A DNA stretch of 64,000 nucleotides from Antedon mediterranea (taxonomy: Eukaryota > Animalia > Echinodermata): the NCBI RefSeq assembly GCF_964355755.1, contig NC_092670.1, forward strand, positions 39,606,388 through 39,670,387, read 5' to 3'. Under the pieces are notes generated by a model. That model saw only the letters and a list, made by a program, of their open reading frames with translations, was not told where the DNA came from and searched no databases. This document shows positions 48,401 through 63,400 of this stretch, piece after piece; within the stretch, counting starts at the first letter, position 1; the number at the start of each line of letters is the position of its first letter. The position numbers were made by a program, and so were the translations under genes.

Positions 48401-51400
48401 TGTTGTGCCAACATAAAATTCTTGTCCTGAACTATCGTAGTTTGTACCAGAGCCAGTCAAAGTTACATCATACATTTCTGGACTGTTGTCTGTGATTCTC
48501 ACTGACCAGCTGACCATTGCTTTATTGGACCCATTGGTAGTGAAGACATCAATATCACTAGGACACGAAACAACTGGTTGTTCTTTATCTAAAAACATTG
48601 GAAAAAAAATGAATGTGATTAAACAAAGACGATATTAGAATTTTCAGGTGTAAAAGTTAGTTATATAATTATTAAGTGAAGTAGAAAAGTCTTACCAATT
48701 ACAATAACATAAAAAGTACATTCAGCCATATTTCCATACACATCAGTGGCTTCACATGTTACATTTTGTCTTGTCACTGGCCATATGACATCAAATTCTT
48801 CACCAGATTCTCTACTGCAGGTCCAAGTTACATTGCCTGAGTTGTCACTTACTGATACATTCCATGAGACAGTGGAATATGCTTGACCAGGATCAGTTAA
48901 TGCTACATCAATGTTGTCAGGACATGTAAACATAGGTTCATCATCATCTAAGAACCAAAACACCCAAACAAGTTGTAATATATATGCATTCAAATGTTCA
49001 ACTCTGGCAAAGCCACAATTAGCTAAATTAGCAATAATACCTCACATTAAAAAATGTTACTTACCTAGAACATTTACTGTAAAAGAGCAATTGGCAGAGT
49101 TGCCAAATATATCTTCAGCAACATATTCTAATGTTGTTGTGCCAACATAAAATTCTTGTCCTGAACTATCGTAGTTTGTACCAGAGCCAGTCAAAGTTAC
49201 ATCGTACATTTCTGGACTGTTGTCTGTGATGCTCACTGACCAACTGACCATTGCTTTATTGGACCCGTTAGTAGTGAAGACATCAATATCATTGGGACAC
49301 GAAAGAACTGGTTGTTCTTTATCTAAAAACATTGGAAAAAAAATAAATTTGTATAAAAAAGACGACAGTAGAATTTTTCAGGTGTAAAAAGTTAATTAAA
49401 TAATTATTAAGTAAATTAGAAAAGTCTTACCAATTACAATGACATAAAAAGTACATTCTGCCATATTTCCATACACATCAGTAGCTTCACATGTTACATT
49501 TTGTCTTGTCACTGGCCAGATCGCATCAAATTGATCACCAGATTTTCTACTACAGGTCCAAGTTACATTGCCTGAGTTGTCACTTACTGACACATTCCAT
49601 GAGATAGTGGAATATGCTTGACCAGGATCAGTTAATGCTACATCAATGTTGTCAGGACATTCTAACATAGGTTCATCATCATCTAAGAACAAAAACACCC
49701 AAAAAAGTTGTAATATATATGCATTCAAATGTTACCAACTCTGGCAAAGCCACAATTAGCTAAATTATCAATAATACCTCACATTAAAAAATGTTACTTA
49801 CCTAAAACATTTACTGTAAAAGAACAATTGGCAGAGTTGCCAAATATATCTTCAGCAACATATTCTAATGTTGTTGTGCCAACATAAAATTCTTGTCCTG
49901 AACTATCGTAGTTTGTACCAGAGCCAGTCAAAGTTACATCGTACATTTCTGGACTGTTGTCTGTGATGCTCACTGACCAACTGACCATTGCTTTATTGGA
50001 CCCATTGGTAGTGAAGACATCAATATCACTGGGACACGAAAGAACTGGTTGTTCTTCATCTAAAGAGAATTAAACAAATGCAATATATGGTGATGAAGAA
50101 ACCTGAAAGTGCATAGTATAGAGATGTTGATGTGTTTAAAAACACATTAAGATGGATTAAAGAAAAGAATTTTGGTTAAAAAATATTATAATCAAACCAC
50201 TTAAAAGTACCTAGTACATCTTTCGAGATTAGTAGGGGGTTACACTGATGTACTAGTACATATAAAATATAAAATCTTTGTTCGCGAAGTAAAACCAAGA
50301 AGAAGAAGAAGACTAGTACACACACAATCACTGATCATAACTGGGCCAGTCTTTGACTGCTGAAGAGGTCTTCCAGTATAAATAATAGCAAATTCAAATA
50401 TGATATAATCTACATCATTTTATATAGGCCTAATTGACCAAAAAAATTATCAGCTATATTCATAATTTTCTAACTGAACTCAACTAATTTGTACATAGTT
50501 GTTGTACTTTGTATGGGTAGATCCAAAGGGCAGCGCTAGGGTCACGTTCTTCTTTTGAAAGCTAAAATTAAATCATGAACTACTTTTTTTGGGAGACTAT
50601 TATTATCAATATGTTAGTGCTCCTCCATTTAACCAATCTTGGATCCGCCCATACCTTGTAATTGTGTATTCAATGCACTTTTGTAGTATTAAGTACTATA
50701 TTAAATGCAATGAATAATAATAATAATGTAATATATAAAACAGATGCTTGTGTATAAATCTGTGTAGAAATTATGATTTTGATAAAGAACAACTGATTCA
50801 AACGGCGAGTAATTTGAAACAGTCCTCCTTTTTAACATAATACACAATTCTACAGATTCAAAGCAGTTTGCTGAATTTATATTACATTTTGGATAATTCT
50901 AACTGGTTGTCTTTACACAATGGCCAAACAAAAATAGCTTAATTAAAGATATTTGCCATTTAAGTTCACTTCAATTCAATTCCTGAACTAACCACTAAAG
51001 ACAAAATTTAGCTCTAACTAAAGATGGAACTTTTAAGAATAACAAGAATTTGACAATGTAAATTCTGACGTTGTACGGCCACAGGCATGAGCATAGTGTG
51101 TGTAGCTGTAATACAGCCATAAAGACTAAAATGTTTGCAATATCTATCTGTAACACTATATTTACGTAATTCAAGTTTTAAAAAAACAACACAAACAAAT
51201 AATTGTACTTTTATTAAACATATTACAAACATATGGAAAAACTGAAATGCACTATACATACAAAATACTGAATGCATTGTACACTTTAAACAAAGCAATG
51301 GTTTTTTAAAAGAAGGTAAAACATACATATACTATACATACAATAAGATAGAAGAAAAGCAAACACACAATCTATACCAATAATACATGGTAATCTTTAT

Positions 51401-54400
51401 TAATAAAAAGTTAACTCAAACTTCTTCATGATAATGAACTTGTCAGTAACCACCTACCAAACACTTTAACATAGAAAGTGCATTCTGCTGTATTCCCATA
51501 CACATCAGTAGCTTCACATGTTACATTTTGTCTTGTCACTGGCCAGATGACATCAAATTGATCACCAGATTCTCTACTACAGGTCCAAGTTACATTTCCT
51601 GAGTTGTCACTTACTGATACATTCCATGAGACAGTGGAATATGCTTGACCAGGATCAGTTAATGCTACATCAATGTTGTCAGGACATGTTAACATAGGTT
51701 CATCATTATCTAAAAAAAAATAAAGATTCTTATTTTTCTGTCTATTAAATTGTCTGTTGGAAGACATTTAATGATTAAATTAATTAAAATGATTGTACTT
51801 TAATTACACAGGTTAAAAAGAAAAAGTTTAAAATGTCAAGTAAACAAGTCTTTTGGGCAATAGCTTTTTGTTATATCTTTATAGTATGACTACATCAATT
51901 ACCAGTAATCTCCACCTGGAATGTGCATACATCAACATTTCCAGATTCATCCGTCGCTGTATACATAACATTATTTATTCCAACAGGAAAGGAAGCTGGT
52001 GGGTCACTACTTCCCGATATCACCACAGTCACTGGTTGGTTAGAATTATCTGTGTAGGTTGGTGGCGTCCAGGTGATACCATTTGCTATGTTGTCCATAT
52101 CATCAGTAGTGTTTGTGATGTCACTGGGACAGTCCATTGTTACAGGTGGTTGGTCATCTGTAAAACAATGTATGTATGATTAAGTGTAGGTTTGCTATTA
52201 TAAACCAATTACTCATGTTAGCAAACAATTAATAGCTTACCTGTGATATTGATATAAAACGTGCATGTAGCCTCATTTCCAGATGGGTCAGTAAATGTGT
52301 AGACAACTGTATGCTCTCCAATTTCAAAATTATCTCCAGGACTAAAATAACTTGACTGCATTGGCGTACCATCGTTATCAGTTGCTGTGGGTTCCGTCCA
52401 TGTTACTGAAGTATAATTTTGATTTAGATCCGTTGTTTGTGTTATATTATCAGGACAGTTTGAAATTACTGGATCTTCTGGATCTGAAAAGTTGATATAG
52501 AATATTTAATTTCAATCCACTTATTAAGCTTCTTTGTGATGTAAAGCCACAATTACGTTAAAAATTAGAATTGAATAAAAATAAACTAAGTTTATGCCTT
52601 CTTTAATCTTCATCCTTTGACATTGTAGAATGTACATACCAGTTATAGTCACAGTGAAGGTACACATTTCAATGTTGCCAGAGTTGTCAGTCACTGTTAC
52701 CATAACATTTGTGTCACCGATTTCGAAAGCGGTTCCAGATGGAGGGGAAGATGTGACATCAGCTACTCCATCATTATCACTATTTGTTGGAGTAGACCAC
52801 ATAACAGAGACTGTGTCATCACCAGTAGCTGTGTCCATTGATGCGATTGTAGGACATGTCACATTTGGATTCTGTTGATCTTAAAATGTAAAGAAAGCAA
52901 ATTAGTTATCCTTAGGAAAATCATAGTGTATTTTGAGTACACCCCTATACTTGAAATCTCTACCCTTAAACTTTAACTAGGCCTACTACTACAATTAATG
53001 AATTTAGTCTAAATTTGTATAGACATCAATCATCAGATCAGCCATTATGGCAGAATGGCTGAGCTTAAAGGTTAAAAACCCTCAAACTTTCTTTTGAATG
53101 TTATTTTTAAAATAAATTGAATGGATTTGAAATTCAATATCATAGATGTGAAAATAAATACCATCATAATAATGTAGTCATGCTTTGGTTTTTGAAAGAA
53201 CTTACCTGTAATGTTGACAAGAAAATAACACACAACTGTGTTTCCAGAGCTATCAGTAGCCAAATATGTGACATTGGTAACCCCAATGGCAAACATGAAC
53301 GGAGAGGTGTGAGATGAGCTGACGTCTGGTACACCATTATTGTCAGTTGGTGTGGGAGCAGTCCAGCTTTGCTCGGAAGTGTTCTCATCAAAATCAGTAG
53401 TGTCTTCAATATCATTAGGGCAATTTTGGAACTCTGGTGGTTCATCATCTACAATAATAATGGTATTTCTTATAAACCGGGCACACATTTACAACATATT
53501 TCAATGGAGCAGTAGCTTGGTGGTTAATGTGCTTGCCTACCAATCTCAATGCCCAGGGTTCAATCCTAAGATAGTGTCTTTCTACTCCAATCTCTCAACC
53601 ACTCATTCAATGAAAGTTATATCAATCTCTCAGTACCTGAAATTGTTACAGTAAATATGCATTGGCCGAGATTTCCAGATCCATCAGTAAAGTTATATTC
53701 CACTGTCGCCATCCCAAATTCAAAGACATCGTTTGGTGAATGAGATGACGTCATCATTGGTTCTTCATATGAATTGTCAGTGGCTGTCGGTTCTGTCCAG
53801 TTGACGTTACTGGCATTTGTTCCCATATCTACCATTTGTGTTACGTCAGCTGGACAGTTCATAATACTTGGAACTTCATCATCTATATCAAACATATACT
53901 TATCATTAGTAATAACCAGAAATTGGGGATTGTAAAGTTAATGTGTAACGCCTCCTGGATGGCATGTGCTTATTAACGAACCACTCATCTTATGGTATAG
54001 TGCATGTCTTTCATCTACATTATTGGTAATATAATTGCAATATTTTCTGGTTTTTAAGGGGAGTTTGCCTACCTATAACCAATACATCAAAAGTACAGGT
54101 TGCTTCATTGCCAGCTCCATCTGTAGCTGTGGCTGTCACTGTAACAGTTCCAATGTAGAATTCATCATTTGGATTGTGTGAACTAGCAATTGTGGGTGTA
54201 ACTAACGAGTTGTCTATTGCTACTAGCATGTCCCATGTTATAGTTGTGTAATTAACTGTGGCATCAGTAGTTCCATTTAGTTCACCTGGACAATTTATAA
54301 ACTCCGGAGGTTCCATATCTAGAAAAAATGTACAAGAAGCAGTGTCTAATTATCTATGGTAAAATCAAATATATTATTAAAGTGTTAAGTTTATGATTAA

Positions 54401-57400
54401 ACAGTAGGAAAGAATGAATGTCAACACCAAGATTTTCTCAGATAGTCTCCGTGTACTGTACCTTGAATCCAATCACTCTTCTAACTGTTAACCTTGTTGT
54501 ATTGGTCCATTCTTGGCATGGATTTGACAACATACCACTGTATCATGCAATAGAAATATTTGATTATCATTTGTGTTTAAAACATTTAGCTTTACCTTCA
54601 ATTGTGACAACAAATGTACAATTAGCCTCATTCCCAGCTGCATCCGACGCAGTAAAAGTAACAGCAGTATCACCAAAATTGAACATTGAACCAGAAGGAA
54701 TGTCAAAACTTTGAGAAGTTACATTAACGTTGTCAGTTACAGTTGCTGTGTAGTTTACTATAGCTGTTGCGGCGCCCTCAGTTGAGTTGGCGGTTATATT
54801 ACTTGGGCAAGTAACAACAGGATCCTCAGTATCTTGAATCAAACAAATTAATTTTGCATAAAAATTAAAGATTATTATTTCTAATAGAAAAATCATTGAT
54901 GAATAAAGGCTATTGATATGACCCATTTGAATCTGCCGATGAAAGTAAACAAAAAGGAAGAAAGAATCCCATTAAATTTCAAGAAATGAATTACTAGAAT
55001 GGTACATAATAAAAGTTTTTGTAGAGGTTATTCAAAAGCTTATATGCAAATCCTATGCAAATCTATATATAATGAATAAATTAAGGCCATAACCAATAAA
55101 TTGGGTATCGATTCAAAAGTCTGAAAAATGTTTCCTTACCAATAACTGTTATAAAAAACGAGCAATATCCAGTGTTCATTGCTGCATCTGTAGCGTAATA
55201 CTCCACCTCTGTAGTTCCGAGTTGAAATGTATAGGTATTAGGAAAAATATTATTATAAATAGGAATTGTCCCAGGTACGTTATCATTGAATGCTGGTTGC
55301 GTCCATGCGACATTAACCTTTGTACTCACTCCCATATCCGTACTGTAGGTGCTATTACTTGGACAGCTACTAGGTACTGGAGCTTCAATATCTATGAATA
55401 AATAAGTACTGTACATTGGCACATATCTGGAATGGTTTTCAGTAGTTATTAAGGAACCTCAAAAACATAGATTTGTTCTGCTTGATTACAACTTTAATCA
55501 TTAATTCATTTGTATAGGTATACATTTACACTGTGATAAACATAGTGACCAATTGGCATCATGGTCCTTATACTATACTTACCAATAATTGTAACTATGA
55601 ATTCACATGAGGCTAAATTTCCTGAAGGGTCTGTGAAATTATATGTGACTGTAGTGTTATCCAGATCAAATGTTGAGCCATTTGTGTGTGACTGAGAGAC
55701 AAAAACACTTCCTGAGTTATCCATTGCTGTTGGTTCTGTCCAGTAGGTTTCTCGATCTGGTTCGCCGTCGTCTGTTGGCAATATGAAATCTTCAGGGCAA
55801 TCACTCACAATCGGGGCCTCAGTATCTATTAATTCAGTTTAAATCATCATCAACAATTAATTTCAGTTGTCAACTTTCTACTTTACCATACAATTTTACA
55901 ATAAGTTATAAAAGTTAAGAATTTCATCTTCTTTTACAGAGAACTAAGCAAAAACTAAGCGTTATAAGTTTCATGTATTCTTGTTACTTATCGACCTGCT
56001 ACAGAGATATTTTCATATAAAGAAGTGTCCATGGCATTTGCACAGGTAGGGATCTCACGAAATAGACTGTTGGCTTTGACCTTCCGGCAAAGTTTAAGTT
56101 GCAAAGCAAGCCCATAACCAGAATTTTTTTCATTTTTCAACCAAAGAGGAAAAAATCTAATTTTCCATTACTTCTGCTGCTGGTCTGAAAGAAAGAATAG
56201 TATATTGGTCTATTGACATACCTTCAACAGTTATGTTAAATGTACAGCTTTCCATGTTACCACTTGGATCAGTTGCTTGATAAGAGACAACTGTGGTACC
56301 AATTGAAAAGGTGCTTCCATTCATATAGTCTACAGCTAGATCAACATTGCCATTACTGTTATCACTGGTAGTTGGTGAACTCCATTTAACAGATGTGTCT
56401 AGTTGTCCTGCATCAGCACCAACCGTTAAATCCCTTGGACAGGTTATTACTGGTTTTTCAGTATCTTAATGTTTAAAAAAAATGTATTCACTGTGAGTTT
56501 ATTGCAAATATTTTGTTATTATTATTATTATTTATTGAGGAATTTGATTTTTAGGAACCAGCATTGGGCTGTCAATAGTGAATTAAGAAAGAGGATTTAA
56601 AACAAACAAGAGCCAGAATTAGCCCAAAAAAATCATCTTAACTTAGTTAATTTTTAAATATTTATGGATGAAGTCCACTCATCATAAAAAGAACTTCATA
56701 ACCCCATTAAGCAAAAAAGATATTAATTGTCAGCCCATGCCCTGCCATTGGCAGTGAGGAAGCACATCCTAACTTCTCCACATACGCACTGGCCAAACTT
56801 TTTTCCATGTTGTCAATCATCACTAATCAAAATCTCCCATTTTGTTTTATAACAATCTCAGGTTCAAGGGTTCAAATTCTTGCTCAGAATTTTTTTTTTT
56901 ACATTTTTGAACATTGGGAGGTAAACAATTAGGTGCAATAGGTTATATAGAAATAATACTAAGAAAAAGAATACATACCTGTAATGTTGACAATGAACAT
57001 GCATTCATTCATATTCATATTTGCATCAGTAAATGTAAAAGTAACAGTTTCAACTCCAACACCAAATCCATCACCTGACGTTGCTGTTTGAACTGTTGTA
57101 AAGAAACCACTGTTGTCTTCAGCAACAGGTGGCAACCATGTGATGTTTGCATAGGATAGACCAGGTTCAGTGTTATTGTGTATATCGTCTGGGCAGAACA
57201 ATACTTCTGGGTCTTCAAAATCTAAAAACAGTATGAAAAATTGTATTTCACAAATTAAATTTGTTCAACCATATTTTTATACACATATCAACTATAAGAA
57301 AAATGTTGTGACCTGTACCTACCATTAATACTTATATTGAAGGAGCAAGAGTCTTCATTTGAGTATATATCTTCAAATGAATAAGTTACTTCATGTACTC

Positions 57401-60400
57401 CAATTTCAAAAACAGTTGGAATGGTATGACTTTCTGTTACAGCAACCATTTCATAGGAATTATCCATAAATGTTGGATACTGCCATGTAACATTGGTAGA
57501 GTTTGCATTCATAGATGTGTTGACATTAAAACTTGCTGGACAATTGAATGTTGGTGGCTCATCATCTGCAATATTAAAGAATATTTTTAATAAAAGGTCA
57601 TCAAGTGTCAACTGTGGTTAATAGGGAGCTTTTGATTTGATGTGTCATGAGTTGTCACCTGCACCTAGAAACCAACCAAATAAAGTGAGGAAGCACATCC
57701 TAACTTCTCCACATACGCACTGGCCAAACTTTTTTCCATGTTGTCAATCATCACTAATCAAAATCTCCCATTTTGTTTTATAACAATCTCAGGTTCAAGG
57801 GTTCAAATTCTTGCTCAGAATTTTTTTTTTACATTGTGTAATTGGTGTTTAGTGGGTGTATAATTGGTGTTTAATGGGTGTATAAGTGGTGTTTAACTGG
57901 TGTTTAATTGGAGTTTAACTGATATTTAATTTGTGTTTAACTGGTGTTTAATTGGTGTTTAACTGATATTTAATTGGTGTTTAACTGGTATTTAATTGGT
58001 GTTTAACTGGTGTTTAATTGGTGTTTAACTAGTATTTAATTGGTGTTTAATTGGTGTTTAACTGGTATTTAATAATTGTTTAATTGTGCGATGTGTACTG
58101 AATATCAATCTTGTACAAGCTAACCTATTAAATTTACGGTAAAATTGCAAATTTCAGTATTTCCATAAGAATCTTCAGCTGTGTATGTCACCAAAGTTTC
58201 TCCAATGTAGAAATCACTACCACTATTGTGCGTTGAGACAAGGGTCGGTGTTCCTGCGTTATCAGTTGCTGTGGGTTCTGTCCAGATGGCAGCAGTGTAG
58301 TTCACACCAGAAGACGTTGTCAGATTCTGATCAGGAGGACAGTCATTGATAACAGGATGTTCCTTGTCTGTAAAATTATTTTTACACTGTTAGTGGTGGA
58401 TATAACATAAATCTATCAAAGATATACAAAAGTACTGTTGAATTCAGTACTATTGAGCAACATAAACTTATCCTGAATGTACATAACATGCATGTGCATT
58501 TAAGGGCAATTTGCAGTGCACAATGATCAAGATAACTACTATTTTAGTATACTGTGCACATTTGCATTTATGAAACATGTACAAACATAAGAAGGTATTT
58601 TGGCAAATTGATGGTTAAAGATGTATTGTCCCTTTGACTAATTTCCAAAATAATTTTTTTTTAATATTTCGAAAAAAAGTGGGTCATTTTGAAGTATCAT
58701 AATAGTTACTAACTTCCACCAAAAATTAGTCGAAAAAAAAATCATTTAACTGAAATGCAGACGTTTTTTTGTTCAAAAAATAACTTTGACTTCCAGTCAA
58801 AGTTTTCGATCAAAGCATATCTCATAATGCAACGCGCTTGTTTGGCTACTCTGTATGCATAATCATAAAACTTCCTCGCGATCTGTGTGAAAACACCTTC
58901 TCAACAGTGACGAGTTGTAAACAATCCTAATTAGCATCATGCATAATGCATACTCGTGGTTTGAAAAGTGAATAACTTTAATATTACTTTGATATGGCCA
59001 ATTTAAATTTAGAATATTTTGACCTTCATTTTTTGTGTCTCAAGGGACAATACATCTTTAAGATATTGTGCTACACCCATTCTTATCACTGCCTCGAATG
59101 TGGAAACAAAAGCCTCTTTTATTATATAACCTGTATTCCAACCAAAATCTGGATTCACCCCCAACTTTGAACATGTTTTCTCTTTACAATTTACACTTTT
59201 TCCCCTTTGTTCAAATCTAGTAAAAAGGACAAGTACCTTCAACTATGATATAGAATGTACAAGAAGCTGTGTTCCCTGCAGTATCTTCAGCTATGTAGGT
59301 TTGCTCAAATGGTGTACTACCAGTAACAGCAATATTTACAGGAGGAGTGACGTCAGGAATTGCTACTGGACTTGTAGGCATAAGTTCTACATTGTCAGTG
59401 GGTACAGGTACTGTCCAATCTGGAGAACCTGACCCTAACCCAGGTGCTGTTTCTGCTGTTATATTATCAGGACATGTAATATTAGGATTTTCCTGATCTG
59501 AAACAGAAATAAACAAAGATAAGAACACATACAACAGAAATTTGTCATACTCACATAATGTAAATATGTATTAAAAAAAACGACAAAAGTGAGAATAACA
59601 ATGAAATAGTTATTATTATTATTATCACAGAAGTATTCAATAATTGTATAAATCTGTTGAAGATGAAATAAATAAATAAATAAATAGTGGTTAATGCCAC
59701 AAAAGAGAAAAAAAAAATTGTCATAGTAAAATTCAAACACATAAATCAACATTTCAATTGTGGTTTTATTCTACATAAAATAATATTTTTTTAGGTAAAT
59801 GTCATTATATTAGAACAAATATTACTTTAGGAAATCATGGTTGTAAAATAGAATACAGTACAGTATCAGAAGTTCGGGAGAATTAGAAGTTCGGGAGATG
59901 ATTTATAGGTTGTTATTGTAAATATAGAGTTGTTTCTTGAAATTAATGCCATAAATATTATGTTAAAAAGATACATAAACAATATCTGTAATATAGATAA
60001 ACAATATTATTTACTACTAATACTTAAATTTAATTATATATATTATTATCTACTATTGTACTTGGACCAGTGGCGTACATGCTACTGTATTGAATGAAAG
60101 AAAAAATTATTCTGACTGCAGTAACTACATTTTTAAAGTTTGTTTCATTGTAAAAGTTTATGAGGCAGTCACTGCAATAAATAAACAGTGTATAAACAAA
60201 CAAAAAATGATACAAATTGTAGTTACTGCAGTATCTGCAGTAGAATCATCATATTGACATGATCTTGACGCACCTTCAACTGTAATGACAAATTCACAGG
60301 TTGCATTGTTATTGGAATCATCATAAGCGACGTACACAACAGTGAATTCAGAAATATTGTAAATCTGATTTGGGTAATAATTCTGTACAGTTCTGTTCAC

Positions 60401-63400
60401 ACCATTGTTGTCCATGGCAACAGGTTCAACCCAAGACACAACCGCTGTTGCTAATCCAGGATCTGTTCCAATTGTAAACGATTCAGTACAGTTTTCAAAA
60501 TAAGGCGATTTCAAATCTAATCAAAGAAAGAAAAAACATGTTGCATGAAATATGAGAATAAAACCCAAGAACTGATAAGGGCTGACTAGCATCAGAAGTT
60601 AACAACAAAGATTAGATATTTTCCAATATTTACCTCTAACAGTTACTGCAAATGTGCATGTAGCCACATTGCCATAAACATCAATTGCTGTATATATTAT
60701 AACAAATGTTCCAATATTAAACTCATCACCACTCATCTTTGGAGAAGACGAAAGTGTTACAGCCAACCCAGAATTGTCAGATACTTCAGCTTTTGTCCAG
60801 TTGACAAAAGCGGTTGAACTTCCATTTCGAAGCATAACAAGTGTATTGTTAGGACAGGTAAGATCCGGAACAACATTATCTATAAAATATAGAAAACTTT
60901 TGTAATCCTGGGATTGTACAAAACCAGTATAGGAAAGTATAATACAGTGATGTTACAGTATAATAAATATAAATCAAACATTTGTAAAAAACTACTTTAC
61001 TTTTTATAAACCCCTAGAATATGGAAGTTATTTTAATTTCTGCCTAGAACAAAACAAACAAGGCAAACACCTAAAAAATGAAATCTGTGGAATGGCTTTA
61101 CTAGAAATGTTTATGTGCACCTTTGTCAATACAGTACATCCGTTCTAGTTGGAGCCATGCCCAGTTAATAGTCTAATGTATACAAGTTTTACCTATAATT
61201 TCAATGTTAAAAGAACATGTAGTGTTCACATTGCCAGAACCATCTGTAGCATTAACATAAACGGTGTGATTTCTAATAGACAATGTTGCGCCTTGCTGTA
61301 TACTGGTAGTGATGTTAGGGTCTACACCAGAGTTATCTGTAGCAGTAGTAGTTGGTGACCACATTACAGATGTAGAATCCGTTGTGGTGTCTGTGTAGTC
61401 CACAACATCGCTGGGACACAACGTAATTATTGGTGCTTCATTATCTGTACAAAAAATAAATTGCAATCTTAAAAAACAATTTTTTGACTTTGGTGAATCT
61501 TTCTGATATTTATGACGACACCACAAAAATAAAGCTTCTTATAATGGGGTACCTTTTTTATATAAGTTGATTAAAAAGTACAAAATATCATGAGCAATTT
61601 TAATTGATTGTTTTACTGTCCAAATACAATTCATGATTTCATGTTCAAAATAACACCACAATACTTCTATACATCTAATGTTTTATTACTTGATTAATAA
61701 ACATACCTTCAACAGTAATGGTAAAAGTACATGTTGTATTAACATTATCATATGGATCAGAGGCTGTGTACTGTACTACTGTTTCACCAGCTGGGAATTC
61801 AAACGTGGTTTGGTTGTGAGAGCCAACGATGTCTGGTATAGCTTCCGAGTTGTCCGTAGCTGTTGGTTCCATCCAGGTTGCCAGGCCTGTAGGTTCTCCC
61901 TCTGTTGTGTTAACTGACTGATCATCAGGACACATTGTAAACACTGGGGCTTCTTCATCTGCCATTAAAAACAACATTTTCAGTTAATGCAGTATGTTTG
62001 TTTATTGGCCTACTTACATTGCTGTATTTGAGTTATCGGACCATCAGAATGATTTTTACTTAAATTGTATATCTTTCCAAAACTGTACTACATACCTGTG
62101 ACATATATGTTAAATGAACACATTCCTTTATTTATTGATAAGTCAGTTGCATTTATAGTTATCATTGTTGCGCCTATACTAAATTCAGTAGCAGCATTGC
62201 TGGTCTGTGATTCACTGATACTAAGATCCATAGTAGAATCAACGTTATCCGTGAACGTTGGTGAAGTCCACGTCACACCAGTGGCAACATCGTCGCCGCT
62301 ATCTGTAGTTACCATCTGATCATTTGGACAATCATCTGTCATTGGAATCTCATCATCTGTTGAGTTAAAAAATACATTTTAATATTGGTAATGGGACTAT
62401 CTAATAATATTTTGAGAACGATAGCATTTTTGTTAATATATGTAGACAATTTTTCTTTTTTTTAGTTACCCTAACCTAGTTCAATTCTAATAAACTACTA
62501 CATATACAATTGTAATTGGCAGTTCAATGTAACTTTAGGAAAGATTCGGATCTTCTCCAGGGAGAATGCATTAATTGTAATGTTGTTTTTTTGAGGGATT
62601 TGATTGAGGACATCTTTTATGTTAAAAATCATTTATCAGAAGATATTAATAACAAAAAATTTAAACTATATAAACCTGAAATTGAATACCTGTTATAGTA
62701 ATGACAAAAACACACGTATAATTCACGTTTCCAGCAGCATCCGATGCATTTATCTGCACGGTAGTGTCACCAAATTCAAAGGTATCGCCGGAGTTGTGAT
62801 TGCGCATATACATTGGGGTTTCATTTGAATTATCCGTAGCCTCTGCACTCATCCATTCCATAGTTGTTGAGTTTATTCCTTGATCTGTTGTAGATGTGTT
62901 GTCCGACGGACAAAAGGTAAACACTGGAGTTTGATCATCTAAACAACAATTATAAATGTTTTTGAAATGAATATATGTTTCCTTTTTGCAAAGGTGATAA
63001 ATACTGATGTCATGTGGCAATTACGGTAACGGCACAATCTTTCGTTTTGTGAAACAGAAAATATGAATGTAGCTTTACCTGTAACATTAACAAAGAACTG
63101 GCATGTTGTATTAACGTTTTCCCCCATGTCAGTTGCATTATATTTGACAAGAGTAGATCCAATTGGGAATGTGTCACCACCATCAAAGTTTGATAGAATC
63201 GTCGGAGGGTCACCAGAGTTATCGGTTGCTTCTACAGTTGTCCAGTTCACGACTGCTGATGAAAGATCTGGATCGGTTCTTATAATTATATCCGATGGAC
63301 ATTCCGTGAACACTGGCGGTTCAGTATCTACAATAAAAATGTATGTAAATATTGGTCTACAGTTTTTATGTATCTCCAGTGCCCTATTATGTGCTGTACT

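Noticed and set aside
50340-50376. CTGAAGAG motif as a third hammerhead
   Set aside because: No stem II closure or GAAA core follows.
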